A DNA stretch of 64,000 bases from Eledone cirrhosa (Eukaryota): contig OZ024745.1 of the NCBI GenBank assembly GCA_964016885.1, positions 55,056,001 through 55,120,000 of the forward strand, in the 5' to 3' direction. Positions 14,978-29,099 of the stretch are shown in pieces. Positions within the stretch are counted from its first letter, which is position 1. Every line of letters begins with the position of its first letter. Below the pieces are notes generated by a model. It searched no databases and was not told where the DNA came from. It saw nothing but the letters and a program-made list of their open reading frames with translations. A program made the translations under genes and the position numbers.

Positions 14978-15072
14978 GACTAGAGTATGTATGCATATAT
15001 GTGTGTGTCTATATGTGTGTATATGAAGATAAGTAGAGTATGAAAGTGTATATACATGTATATATATGTATA

Positions 15073-15172
<100 letters not shown>

Positions 15173-15628
15173 CAGGTATATATGTATGTAGGTATGAGCA
15201 TGTAAGTATGTGTATGTGAGTGTATGTATTTGTAGAGGTGTACATATATGTATGTGTGGGAATATGTATGTTTTTTAAAAAAAATAACTATATATACGCA
15301 TATATTTATGTGTGGGCGAACGGATACGTACACTTGAAAGAAAAATGTAAGTCTGTATGTAAATTAAGTGCAAACACAAAACCAACCATGCATATCTTTA
15401 CTATCTCTAATCCTTCGATAGATTTAGAAAAATAACCAATACAACTAACGCCAAATAATGAATATTCTATTCTAAAAAATGTCAAACTCAACTAACAAAT
15501 ATAAGAGATGGGAATCTAATTACCCACTGCTATCAACAATTTCTATCCACTCGCTTAACTATTCTTCTAACAACTTGACTACTCCCTCTTAATATTCTCT
15601 ATAAAAACCAAACAAGTTCTCATTGATA

Positions 15629-15749
15629 TTATTCTGATGAAATGGTAGTTGAAAATAACATTGAAATATTGAGTGTCTGCATAATTAATACTTTGTAGAT
15701 AGCAGCTGTTTTCAGGTTATATAACTGTTATTGAAACACGTGTCAATAA
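15629..15749 (+). ncRNA. Type I hammerhead ribozyme with long stem II (inverted pLTR copy C)
   Basis: TTATT-CTGATGA(15634-15640)-AATGGTAGTT...AACTGTTATT-GAAA(15733-15736)-CACGTG-TC-AATAA; palindromic stem III. Confidence 0.78.
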
Positions 15750-15897
15750 ATTCCTTTTACTGAACTGTATCCATTTAAATCCTTCTATTTTCTACGGATT
15801 ACTTTTGAAACTACAACTGGAACCGTCGAGCAAACCCTACGTGAGCTGTCCATCTACTGTGTATAATATTCATATTACAACACTACGGATAATACTA

Positions 15898-16348
<451 letters not shown>

Positions 16349-16544
16349 ATAGACATGCTTAGAGTTCTGTAGAATTTTCTATCTCCAAACACGTACAGAT
16401 AGACAGACAATTGGGTCAGTTGCATTTTCATGTATGATGTACAATGATATATCTAAACCATAATAAATGGAGGAGCACGGGACTGCGTATGGTTTATAAT
16501 TTGTTATCCCATTAGTAAAATAAGTTGGATTACTTTAAATAAAA

Positions 16545-16937
16545 AATTGTTTCTACTTTTGGCACAAGGCCAGCAAATATCCAGTGCATTACTGGTACTT
16601 TATTTTATCGACCCCGTAAGGATGAAAGGCAAAGTTGACCTCAGCAGGATTTGTACTCAGACCATAAAGGGCCGTAAGTCTTTGCTGCAAAGCATGGCGT
16701 CCGACCCTCTACCGATACTGCCAATCCAACGCCCATTACTTTGAATAAATAATTGTTTCTACTTTAGGCACAAGGCCAGCAATTACCCAGTACATTACTG
16801 GTACTTTATTTTATCGACCCCGTAAGGATGAAAGGCAAAGTTAACCTCGGCGGGATTTGAACTCAGACTGTAAAGGGACGTAACTATGCTAGAAAGCATG
16901 GCGTTCAACCCTCTACCTATACTGTCAATTCACCGCC
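16545..16937 (-). mobile_element. Two tandem tRNA-derived SINEs (~16545-16733 and ~16750-16937)
   Basis: Minus-strand A box TGGCAGTATCGG, B box GTTCAAATCC, body TTTGCCTTTCATCCTTACGGGGTCGATAAAATAAAGTACCAG, ATT tail; separated by ATTACTTTGAATAA. Confidence 0.9.
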
Positions 16938-16938
16938 T

Positions 16939-17111
16939 GAATCTTTAAATATGTAATGAAATGTATTTAATCAACAGCCACGAAATTTAGTAGATTAATT
17001 ATGTGATATTCATTCATTACTTTGAATAAATAATGAATGAATATCACATAATTAATCTACTAAATTTCGTGGCTGTTGATTAAATATATTTTATTACCTA
17101 TTTAAAGATTC
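16939..17111. repeat. Foldback palindrome with ~80-bp arms
   Basis: TGAATCTTTAAAT...TTCATTCATTA / TAATGAATGAA...ATTTAAAGATTCA around a CTTTGAATAAA loop. Confidence 0.9.
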
Positions 17112-17377
17112 ACTTCTTTAAAATTCCTGAAATGTCAACTCTTCCGTTTGGCGATCGCTTAAATAAACATATTAATTTTATGTCACTAATGCTGTTTATA
17201 TATAATATCGTTTTTTTTTTATGAATCATCTTTTACGTTACTGATTAAATATGACAGTGTAACGTAGCTTTAGTTCAATTTCTATGTATTATATATTGTC
17301 AATTACGATTTTATATGATTTATCATATCTACAAGTATATATAGTTGCGTATAATATCAATATATACACTACACATG

Positions 17378-17415
17378 CTAGCAGAAAACCAACCAAAGGG
17401 TGGTTTTTCTGCTAG
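17378..17415 (+). other. Hairpin ending in CTAG, resembling a Helitron terminus; paralogue at ~29854-29892
   Basis: CTAGCAGAAAACCA...TGGTTTTTCTGCTAG self-complementary; a diverged copy with similar upstream sequence lies at 29.8 kb. Confidence 0.4.
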
Positions 17416-18672
17416 GTCAAATAAAAAGTGTTTATCGTTTGTATTTGGTATGATAATCCTGGTATACTTGTCTAATTCTTTAATGTTTTAAAAGTAAATA
17501 ACAATAGTTATCTCAGATGAAAATAGCAAACTATTTCTGTATATAATAAGTTTAAAGAATCAAAACTTAAATGATCTCAAAGTCCATAATCTTTGGATTT
17601 AGTTACGAATGATTCTGCAAAAATAGAGAAAAATAAAGGGTATTTTGACTAATATCTCAAACGAATCTTTCGTCTGATATTGTTTCCATGGCAACCACAT
17701 ATACACATACGCACGTACATACCTGCATAAAATAAACACACACACACACACACACAAACACAAACACAGACACGCGCACACACACAGATAGATATATATA
17801 CTTACATATGCACGTACATTTTATCATATAATGAAATCTAGAAACAGTAGACCGATTGATCAATATTAGATTTAGCGTACACAATCAACGGTAATTACCT
17901 TGCTAAAAAAGACAACTAAATAATTAAATGTGTTAAAATTTCAGTCGTATTTGATCTTTATCAGAGTTTCTTTAGGAATATATTACTATTTTTTCCTAAC
18001 TTTTTTCTCACGTCCTCACATTAACCCACAAATAAAACTTTCATTTCAATGTGGAAAAAATAACATCGATTTCATATAACTGAACCAGGTTTAGATATTG
18101 GTTTATTGTCGCGTTTCCTTTTTTAGGTCTCGTGAGTCTCTTCCATGTTCAATGATTCATGTTTTATTGACTGCACTTTTTGTTCTTTCCTGTGCAATAA
18201 ATTTCACATTAAAAAAAAACGGCTTTGCTAAAATAAGTTTCTGGGAAAGATAGAAGAATAATTTATAATGAATTTTGTTTCATATATATTGTTTGCTTAA
18301 ACCGTTAAGCACATTTTTTTTTGTTTTCTTTCATATAACTATAGTGTGAGGATGGAATTGGTACCATAGATTCTTAATTGATAAGTGGTAATTTAACATA
18401 AGATACGGAAAACAAAAGGACAAAATATAAACGGTTATTTTAAGTTAAGTGAACAATGAACGTATTGATTCATTTTTAGTGGGGAGGCTTCACTCGGCAA
18501 CTAAACTATAAATAGAATACATCAATAGAACATCAAACAAAATATCTCCAAATATCTCCATGCATTACGATTTGCTTTAGACAACCAGGATATGTCCTGG
18601 GGAAATAGACATTTGGTGAAGCAAGTTCATTCATCTAATGTGTCGTTTTTATGTTTATAGTGTACTATATAT

Positions 18673-18766
<94 letters not shown>

Positions 18767-19785
18767 AATAGCTCTAATAAAACAGGTGTATGTGGGGCTG
18801 TAAATGAGGCGTGTATGCATAATAAACATATATTTATTGCTATTGGTGTTTGAGACATTGTACCTATTGCAGCTATATCAATAGACATCTATGATGTATT
18901 AAATACGTCTTGTTCTTCCAGCATCCAGCTTACATGTGGATTCAGCTAAAGACTCTCTAAGCAAGATGACTGGTAAACACGTAAAACGCATGTTTCACTT
19001 CAGCGTTTACTTCTCCTAGAAGAAGGCTGGGAACAATAGCTCAGTGTCCTTCACTACCAGTGGACCTATGGTTCGTACTGATACTAGCCAGGGTGGTTTC
19101 CTAGTTACTGCGCTTGGATGGTTTGTCATTAAGATGATTAACGAGTCTTACATGCTGCGTTTGAAATCATTGAGGCATTTCTACCCTGAATGTTAACGAG
19201 TACTATCTACACAGACCACTTGAGTTAAATAACCTGTAAGTGAACTTTGTTTCCTTTCCTTCTTAATTCCAATTTGCTCCTGGAAAGCCAGGCTAGGTTT
19301 CGGTTGTCAAAATGTATATGACACACATGTCGTTTAGGGCCATTTTGCAGACGGTAGATTCTCAGTCCTACTCCCCCTTCACCAATTAAAACATTAGGAT
19401 ATTCCATACGTATATGCATGCCTTACTCCCCACTCATGTACATACCTATATATCTTACTACATACATACAGATCATATATGCATATATAAACACATAAAT
19501 ATTTAGATACATAAAATATATATATAAATCTACATATATGCATACATATATGATATCAGAGCCTTACGTGATAATTCTTTGTATCAGGGGATGAGAGTCA
19601 ATTTTATCAAGGTAAACGAATCAATAGCTTTCTTCTTAATACTTAACTAGAACTTATGTTTCGAACAGGCTCGTTGGACCGAAAAAAAATTAAGAGACAA
19701 ATATTAACATTTTATGTTAGTACGTTTATACAGCCGGATACCCAACATATTATATTATTCAAGGATTTCTATAAATAATAATAAT

Positions 19786-19972
19786 AATTGTGTCTACTTT
19801 TGGCACAAGGCCAGCAATTAACCAGTGCATTACTGGTACTTTATTTTATCGACCCGTAAGAATGAAGGGCAAAGTTAACCTCGGCAGGATTTGAACTCAG
19901 AATAGCAAGGGCCGTAACTCTATGCATCAAAGCATGGTGTCCGACCCTCTACCGATACTGCCAATCCACCGC
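19786..19972 (-). mobile_element. tRNA-derived SINE flanked by (TAA)n
   Basis: Same family body and A/B boxes as the 16.5-kb copies. Confidence 0.9.
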
Positions 19973-21329
19973 ATAATAATAGTGATAATATTATAGCATC
20001 TAAACTGCATGCTTCTCAATTGTTGAGATTTCACCACACTTAATTTTGAAAGTTGCTTTCCCAGTTCGAAACAATAATCACATCCTGTAATTTGTAATGC
20101 AACTGACTGAAACGGAATGTATTTGTAAATAAAAAATAACAGTTTATCTCAAAATATGCTGCGAATATTGTGAAAAATTATAAACCTACACAAGGCAACG
20201 GTATTAATAAGTGCGAGTGTGGGTGGGGGTGTATGAACGTGTTTCTTTGCGTCTGAAATATTAGTGCGTCTATGGATAAGGTTATCGGTTTTTATTCTGT
20301 CGTTGAATGTATTAGAAGACACTTTCAAACGTTGTTCAGCCTAAAGTAAATAACGATGATGATGCGATCGAGGAGAATCTCCTAAGGTGCAGCGAATTAA
20401 TGATCATTGTCTAGCTGCAGACACGAGTGAATTGATAATACTTTATATGTAATATATATAGAGAGAGAGAGACAGAGAGATAAGGAGAGAAAGATACAGA
20501 TACTGAGAGACGGAGAGAGGGAATACTGTATTTAATTAGAAGGGTAAAGCAAAGCAAAATGTATATTAAACGTTAAAAGTTAGAATAACAAACGATAGAA
20601 TGTTTCTTTGCAATTGTTTCATAGTATTTAACATATCGAGATCACACTTCTTCATGAAAAATGTGTTAGAACTAAATCAGATCAAAATTTCGAATTTTCT
20701 GATACAGTCCTATTTAATCAATGCTAGTATTAATGAATGGATTATGTGATACGTGTTATCAGATAAACTTTTAACGTTATTTGTAATATATACATTGTGG
20801 AGCTATCACATAAAGCACAATATGTTCTGGGCTTTACTCAAAAATATTAGTTCTTTTTTTCAGACTTTATATATTTTATATTTTATATTTCCACTTATTT
20901 TCATTTTGCCAGTGTTTCCTTGCTACAAACTGAGTTAATTTAAAATATTCCACAATGTATTTACATATGCATTGCAATTGTTAACATATACTTCAGTTAT
21001 ATGCATGCTCCATTCTAATTTTATAGAGAAATATTCAGTGGTGTCCAACGATTGTAAAGACGGATCATCGGAATGTCTACAGGAGTAATAACTAGTTGTA
21101 ACCTGTCATTTCGTTATAACAGGACAAGTGACTGTCTGGAATGTTCACCTCTGGTATCCTGACAAAATATTTAATGTTACCATTACATTCATATAAGTTG
21201 AAAGTGACATGTTTAGGTTTGGCTAAAGAGGTAGTTTGGCGTTCATTCATCCCACGTATTTCGACTTTTCTTATGCAACTCTGAAATGTATATATATATA
21301 CATGGCAAATAGATATCGTAACGACGTTT

Positions 21330-21414
<85 letters not shown>

Positions 21415-21418
<4 letters not shown>

Positions 21419-22099
21419 TACCATTAAAGCCCGGCGTTGCTCGGGGTCAGTAAGTTACCAAAGTTAGATTGCACTACCCATTTTATGGCAGCACTTTTAT
21501 GTCTGCCAGGCACTGGGTGAATGAATTGCAGACCTGGACTGCCGAAGCAAGAGCTGCGCCAGCAGTGACAATTGTAGTTTCGCCTATGGATATTATTTCT
21601 GTGCAAAGAAGTGTTGAAATTTATTGTTTCACAGTACTTGCGCAACACGCGCGTAGACGATGCCAGCCGAATAACAGAGCTGCGATGGAGTTGTGCTAAT
21701 GTGTGTTTTCTAAATTTAAGACAGTAGGGAGGGGTGTCATATGGGGGAGAATTAGCTGCTGTTTCGAGCAGGTTTAGTGACCTCATAGAGGATATGTTTT
21801 CTAAATTTAAGACAGTAGGGAGTGGTGTGTTATGGGGGAGAGTTAGCTGTTTAGCTGTTGTTTCTAGCAGGTTTAGTGACCTCATAGAGGATATTATTGT
21901 GTATAGTAAATGAACTGATACTTCTTTCTTCCACGTTCGTTGATAGATGTTTTAAAAAAGATTTATCGCTATTTTTTTTGTTGTTGAATACATTTATCTG
22001 TTGCTTTTGAATAATTGTTGTTTCGTATGAAATGTAATAAGTTCTCTTTGTCATTGAAGTAAATAAATGTTTGACTGTTCCACACTCAAAAACAAACGT

Positions 22100-22149
<50 letters not shown>

Positions 22150-22290
22150 TCTTAACGTTTAAGGGGAGTAGAGAGAGGTAACCTGATTGTATTAGAGGGG
22201 TAAAGCGTCATGTATTTAGTTCTATCGATTATTTCCGTAATTGTGGGTGAATGTGAATTGAATTAATAGTCGTTGACCTAAGTTAGACCA
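21415..22290 (+). mobile_element. Possible non-autonomous Helitron-like repeat with an internal ~90-bp tandem duplication (~21707-21895) and (CT)n
   Basis: Starts TACTA...GCCCGGCGTTGCTCGGG hairpin directly after (TA)n; duplicated TTTCTAAATTTAAGACAGTAGGGA...CCTCATAGAGGATAT. Right boundary is a guess. Confidence 0.4.
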
Positions 22291-24349
22291 TTTACAACAT
22301 TCTTACAGACGTTGAGTCGAAGTGGTTTGAAATTGTGCAAATGTATAAACATGGAACATGCAGGCACACACAACAACAACAATCTGCCTCTGATAGTTAA
22401 TGATATATATACATTTGCAAGTGTCCACGTGATGGCATGTATTTAGTAAATGAGCATTTTGTATTATGTTAAAAAGAATTAACATAAAACAAATAGGAAA
22501 GGCGAAATATATATTTGAAGCACACACATTATCTTAAAATACCTTTCATATAATATGTCAGTTCTTAATGTTATATTATAAAACCATTGCATGTAATTGT
22601 CAGATTATATGGTTGACGTAATAAAACAACTAAATGGCTCATCATTGAAAATAAGTTGGATAACATTGCAGATGTCAAGCACTGAGCATTCTGCTTGACA
22701 GAGGAACCTGATATATTAAAACAACATTATCAATAAGGAATATATGCAAGTGTTAATCTTTAAATGCACCTACGAAATAAAATAATCCTAAATATTACAA
22801 CATGATATACAATATGTAGGCACCGCAAATATGAAAGAAGGGAACTTCACATTAGCGTTTGTACTTTTGAACAAGTATTCTCAATACACTTCAAAACTTG
22901 TTACCAGCAACACATTAGTAACATTTACAGACTAAATTTCGTCAAATTATTATTAATGCTTACTGTTCACACCTCTCTCTACAAACAATATTTTAAGAGT
23001 TTGATAGAAAATCGTGCCGATTTTATGCGGTTCAGAGTAAGATATTTTCGCAGCGCAAGCTTCTCCCTCAAGATGCACGGGCCAAACTCATGCACCCTAG
23101 TTAAACAATAGACACCCTCACTCTTGCACATATGAATGCGAAGACACACACCCATACAGACAAGCACACAGACGCACCCATCCCCAAATGTATATATATA
23201 TGTACATATTATTGATCTCGACTCTATGGTAAATCTCTACGTTGCCTATTGATGCGCTCGCCGAAGGAATCTTGACAAAACCGTCTAGAGATAGTTTCGT
23301 TCAGATAGTGATATTGTACTAGTTGCTGTGGATCATGCAAGATCCATTGGTTAATATCCCACCCCGTTATAGCGAATATAAAATATCCTCAATGTTATTT
23401 CCATTGCCACTCGTTTCCATTAATATATTACATTTTAGGGATTGTGGGGCAAAAATATATATAGCAGGGATTTTTTATAAAATAACTGATTATTAAACTT
23501 ATGTCACGTACAATAATCACGCATATTTTAGCGTATTTTTCAATATAGCTTCTGTGACTTCATGGAGACAACGATTAACCCTATTATTAATAAATAAATA
23601 ATTCTTATCTAATGTAACGAAGGGGATATATTAATGTTCACAAATATTATCTATAACAGCCAAGATTACTTATAAAATGAATATCGAATTATCTATTTGA
23701 AAATATTATTTGAAGATATTATTTGAATAATCATGTAAATTAACATATTGTTTGCATATGCATAGTCGTATGTATTTACTGAACCATTAGAGCTAACACA
23801 ATGCTATTTGAAATTTGTTCTGGCTCTTTATTCCATAATTTCTCGACATGGTCAAAGTCATATTTCATCCTGCTGTTGGTCCACGAAATAAAATAATACA
23901 TATGTACTTGCGTAGATTTATGACCAAATCATAAACCATTGTTTACTCCTATATGATATCAGGTACGGACTATTATACATGAATGCTAATATAATCAAGG
24001 ATTATGATATTTTGCTTCCAGTTTAACAGATATTTATATTAGATTTGAAAATGTTAGTGAAGATTTATTCGATTATACTTGTTTTACAAAGATAATTCGG
24101 AAACTAAATCATAAGACACGTTCTAGTAAAATATTCCAATAAACTCTCCCTAAATATGCCATTCATACATTACAAAGCTAATTTTCTTTAATTATGAACA
24201 TTCATAATTTAATAAAGCTTTTAATGTTCTCTGACTTTGATTGATTCACCATGGTTTCTGTTTATTTGATTTTAAGATAACCATCTTGAATGTAATAATA
24301 AATTGAAATACCTGCATCTTAGTTATATTCTGGGGCTGCATTATAAATA

Positions 24350-24508
24350 ATTGTTTCTACTTTTGGCACAAAGCCAGCAATTAATCAGTACATTACTGGT
24401 ACTTCATTTTATCGACCCAGTTAACCTCGGCGGGATTTGAGCTCAGATCATAAAGGGCCGTAACTCTATGCTGCAAAGCATGGCGTGCGACCGTCTACCG
24501 ATACTGCC
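24350..24508 (-). mobile_element. tRNA-derived SINE (internally deleted) with target-site duplication GGCTGCATTATAAATAAT
   Basis: Family body plus a direct repeat on both flanks. Confidence 0.88.
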
Positions 24509-26650
24509 TAATGTGGCTGCATTATAAATAATGGGATGAAAGTATAAATGCCAGTAAGAACTTCAAAATATATTTTAAACATGAGGTAACGTGTTTAAAT
24601 ATGCATATGTAGAATGAAATTTGTTTAAAGAATATTTTAATTGTGTGTATCTTTTATAAAATGCAATGTTTATAAACAGTTTCGCTTTTAAATGAGATAA
24701 ATATTTTAGTTATGATTAAACAATAAAAATATGCATATTTACTACCTCTTACAATTCAGAAAATTATTGCCAATGTGTTTGCTGGAAAGTGAGCAGTGTT
24801 TTTTTTAAAGGAACATCATTTCTTATCAATATATTAGCTGATTTATATTCGCTTAATATATTCCTAACATATTTATTTTCCAATATTCACTTTGCTTTGA
24901 ATTAAAATGAATTCTACTAACATGTGGATCCGAAATTGATTTCCTTCGTATTCGCCCAGTTGATTAACATTTTAATCATCTAAAAGGGAATTAAAGTATA
25001 AATTGATTGAACGCGAAATTTCAGTTTACAAATCAATCGAGAGCAATTGTCATTGACGAAAATAAACATTCAATTATGATACAAATGTGATCCACATTCA
25101 CTGTTTCATTTGTTTCACATGTGAACACAGTTGCTCGAAGATAGAAAGTCTCGCTTGGCTGATTCCTTAATCCAGTTTTGATCACGAAACTAAGCCTATT
25201 CCATCTTCATATTCCAGTATTACCAGGATTTCTTGTAGATCGTGTGGTATTTACCTAGAGCCAATTATGTTAGTTGAAATACAAATGTATTAAATGTGGT
25301 TTCATGATTTTGTCGTTGATGAATGATAGTGAAAGACAAGTGAGGCAGTGTATAATAAAGAAATAAAGTATGTATATGCTTTAAAATATGTCGACCTTAT
25401 ATAATGTGTTTGATGTAGAAATATGCAAGCTACTACAAACTCCATGAATGGCAATTCAGGATGATTGTAATGCATAGGACAACATATTTCTAAAGGATAT
25501 GATTTTGTTTCAATACTAACCATGCTTTCTCCAACATATATACAGGAATATTCTCCATTAATCAAATTATTTTGCGCAGCTCAATATGTATGTTAACTTT
25601 TATGCGCGATCATGTACACATTTGCTTTATATATATAACAAAGAGAGTGAAATAATTATTTGAATTTCCTTTATAACAAGTATTTGTTATTACTTGAGCT
25701 GGGAAGAAATCCGCAACCGGGTGCTAGAATAAATGAACAAATTGTTTTATGGATTCAGATCATTGAAAGGTTATAAGGAATAATCGGCGACGGTATAAGG
25801 AAATTTCCTAATGGAGTTCACTGGAAACATTCTGTTGTTGGCTTCCTACAGACATCTATTAAATAATCTTCATAAACATATCAAATTTTAATTCAAATTA
25901 TATCGCTTAAAGCAACGAAACCTTCATTAGCTTTCTTTCTTATGATCTATTCGCAGAAGCCATTTTATTGGTAAATGCGAAATCTATATTTTCTGAGACT
26001 TTCCACTTGCTATACGGAATAATTGCTAAACATCTCATTTCAGATTATTTCATATTCATATTAATCTTAAGTGAAAAAAAAACAAAAAAACGTACGAATG
26101 GTGTCGGATATGTCGACTCGTTTGTAATTCTATTATAATTACAAATGATATAAAATTGCTAGTGTATATTTGAGACTGTTTAACACTAATTACTACAGGC
26201 ATATTTGTTAAACCTGAATCTCGGAAAAAATAAGAGAAACTAAGTGAGAGAATAGTAACTACTGCAATTACATATGTTTCTTAAAGTACTAATAAATAAA
26301 GAATGACGTATTTGAATTTCTACCCATTTGGTAACCAGAAAGGTATTATGTTACTTTATATTTAAGATATTGATAAGTAAAATTAATCAAAATAAATTAA
26401 ACATTGAGGCCTTCAACCATACGTAAATATAGTAATGTGTCTACTCGAGTGTGTTCATTGTGAGTATATGCATTCAGATTGCATGGGATGGCGTTTTAAA
26501 ATAATTATTAAACGTAAGATTTCATACACATAATAATGTTTCTCTTTTTCATCCAGGATACATAATTATAATTTACTAACCAAGTATATTACCTTATTTT
26601 CTTATATTCCGAATGTCATATATTCTGATTAACATTAATTTGTTTATACA

Positions 26651-26827
26651 TGGCAGTATCAGTAGAGGGTCGGACGCCATGCTTTCCAGCATAGTTACGT
26701 CCCTTTACGATCTGAGTTCAAATCCCGCCGAGGTTGACTTTGCCTTTCATCCTTACGGGGTCGATAAAATAAAGTACCAGTAATGCACTGGATAATTGCT
26801 GGCCTTGTGCCTAAAGTAGAGACAATT
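26651..26827 (+). mobile_element. tRNA-derived SINE
   Basis: TGGCAGTATCAGTAGAG...GAGTTCAAATCCCGCC...AAAGTAGAGACAATT. Confidence 0.9.
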
Positions 26828-27066
26828 AATTTGTCTTTAAATTAACTATGCTGAATCAACTTGCTTAACAAGTAGCTTTGGATACTATTAAATGTTACGT
26901 GTACATCCGTTTAGTTCGAGTAATATTTTTAAATATCAATAGAACGTTAAACTTAATATTTAAAAAGTAGATTCACCTAATTTAAATTCATGATTTATTT
27001 GTGATATCGATATTTAAGCATAATGATAATTTATTAGCTATAACTTGTTTATAGCTAATAAATTAT

Positions 27067-27252
27067 GGATTGGCAGTGTCAGTAGAGGGTCGAACACCAT
27101 GTTTTGACGCATAGAGTTACGGCCCTTGCCATTCTGAGTTCATATCCCGCTAAGGTTAACTTTGCCTTTCATCCGTACGGGGTCGATAATTTAAAGTACC
27201 AGTAAAGCAATAGTAAATTGCTGGCTTTGTGCCAAAAAAGTAGAAACAATTA
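27067..27252 (+). mobile_element. tRNA-derived SINE
   Basis: Same family body. Confidence 0.88.
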
Positions 27253-27367
27253 TTATTTTCTGATATTCCTGTAATCTAAACTATAATAAAGGAAGATCGG
27301 CGGGATTGCGTACGGTTTATTTTTTTTTTATCTCGTTTGTAAAATAAGTTGGATTACTTTGAATAAT

Positions 27368-27746
27368 AATTGTTTCTACTTTTGGCACAAGGTCAGCAAT
27401 TACCCAGTACATTATTGGTACTTTATTTTATCGACCTCGTAAGGATGAAAGGCAAAGTTAACCTCGGCGGGATTTGAACTCAGATCGAAAAGGGACGTAA
27501 CTATGCTGGAAAGCATGTCTGACGCTCTACCGATACTGCCAATTGACCGCGCGATTACTTTGAATAATAATTGTTTCTACTTTAGGCACAACGCCAGCAA
27601 TTATTTCAGTGCATTGTTCGTACTTCATTTTATCGACCCCGTAAGGATGAAAGGCAAAGTTAACCTCGGCGGAATTTGAACTCAGATCATAAAAGGACGT
27701 AACTATGCTGGAAAGCATGGCGTCCGACCCTCTACCGATACTGCCA
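27368..27746 (-). mobile_element. Two tandem tRNA-derived SINEs (~27368-27551 and ~27568-27746)
   Basis: Same family, again separated by ATTACTTTGAATAA. Confidence 0.9.
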
Positions 27747-28399
27747 AGAATGAATATTACATAATTTATGTACTCAATTTCTTAGACAAAAATAATTTCG
27801 TAAAAATAAATTATTTCAAATTGATTTCTTTTCAAAGTGGCACTTCCGGTATATCGTCCCCACCACCACTACTTCAACTACCATATATATAGAAAGAGAG
27901 AGTGTGTGATGAGAGAGATAGAGAGATTATGACTTTCTACACGCTGACATCTATACGCAGACATCTACACGCTGATATCTATATGTATGAGTATATAACT
28001 ATTCTCAGTAAATAACTATAATCGCGCAAACACAAACTTATGAAAATACACTCTCACAGACATAATTCATTCACACATACTTTCACACAAATACACATAC
28101 ATTTACACAAACATACATACATTCACACATATACATTTACACAAACCCACACATACAGTTATGATAGCGTTTGGTGAATTGGAGATGAGTGGGTAAAACA
28201 TGTATAACGTTTTATTTATTTATTAACTCTTTATTTATTTATTAACTCCTTATTTATTTATTAACTCTTTTTTTTAACTCATTTAAAGTAATGGTTACAG
28301 AACGAAATAACTAACAAATATAATATATACAAAAGGAAGGGAAAGGAAAAAAAGAAAGAGAAAAATACACAAGCACATAATAGCTACATCTTAGACACC

Positions 28400-28935
28400 A
28401 TATAACAACATGCAGACAAAAGGGGTGGAAAACGAGCCGCTACCAGAGCAAAAGATAGCAATGTAGCGAGGGGCACTGGGACATCTCGCTAATACATTTT
28501 GAGGCAGGCCAACACGCTCGCAACGTTACCTTGGGTGATGGCGAGGCTGAGATGCTGGAACAACCAAGTGCCCTCACGAGCATCACCAGTTACCTCTGTC
28601 TGGCGAGCCGCCAGTGAAGATAAGAACCTCGCTGTCAGTAGCCCGACTCCCCCAAACGTCTCGAACGCCATAGGCTGGATAATGTATTTAGCTGACAGAA
28701 TACGGTATCTTAGGATTTTGTTCCGTTCAGCTGCGGATGCTGTAGCTCTCGACCTTACCGCTGCATCCAGGATGTGGGAAGAAGCAAAAGAGTCACTAAC
28801 TGCGACGTCGCTGGTAAGGTACCTGCCTCTTGCCCAGGAGCACAGAGTAAGACCATCAAGTTTCTCATCAATTCAGGACAACACAGATGGTTTCAAAATT
28901 GAGGGGATGTTTGCCCAGGCCAAAGCTCTTGAGTG
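28400..28935 (-). pseudogene. 3' fragment of a CRE-clade non-LTR retrotransposon (restriction-like endonuclease domain)
   Basis: Minus-strand translation RALAWANIPSILKP...LDGLTLCSWARG...SD...AAERNKILRY...PMAFETFGGVG...TGDARE..LFQHLSLAITQGNVASV. Confidence 0.75.
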
Positions 28936-29099
28936 GTAATAAGACAGTGTGCCCATGTGCACGCGCGTGAGTTTGTCGGCGTTCTTCAATTAGAGACACG
29001 TGTGTGTGTCACTGTTTTTAAGTTAGAGACATATGTGTGTATCCCTTTCCTTACTTTTACACGCACAAACATTCACACAAACACGCATACACATTGCGT

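Noticed and set aside
16545-16937. tRNA genes suggested by A and B boxes
   Set aside because: Multi-copy SINE heads followed by a SINE body; no full cloverleaf.
16968-17001. TTAATC...GAAATTTAGTA-GATTAA hammerhead-like arrangement in the palindrome
   Set aside because: No CTGANGA core and not conserved in the paralogous locus at 27.7 kb.
28211-28281. 19-bp AT-rich tandem repeat considered as a CRISPR-like array
   Set aside because: Contiguous units without spacers in eukaryotic DNA; an ordinary minisatellite.
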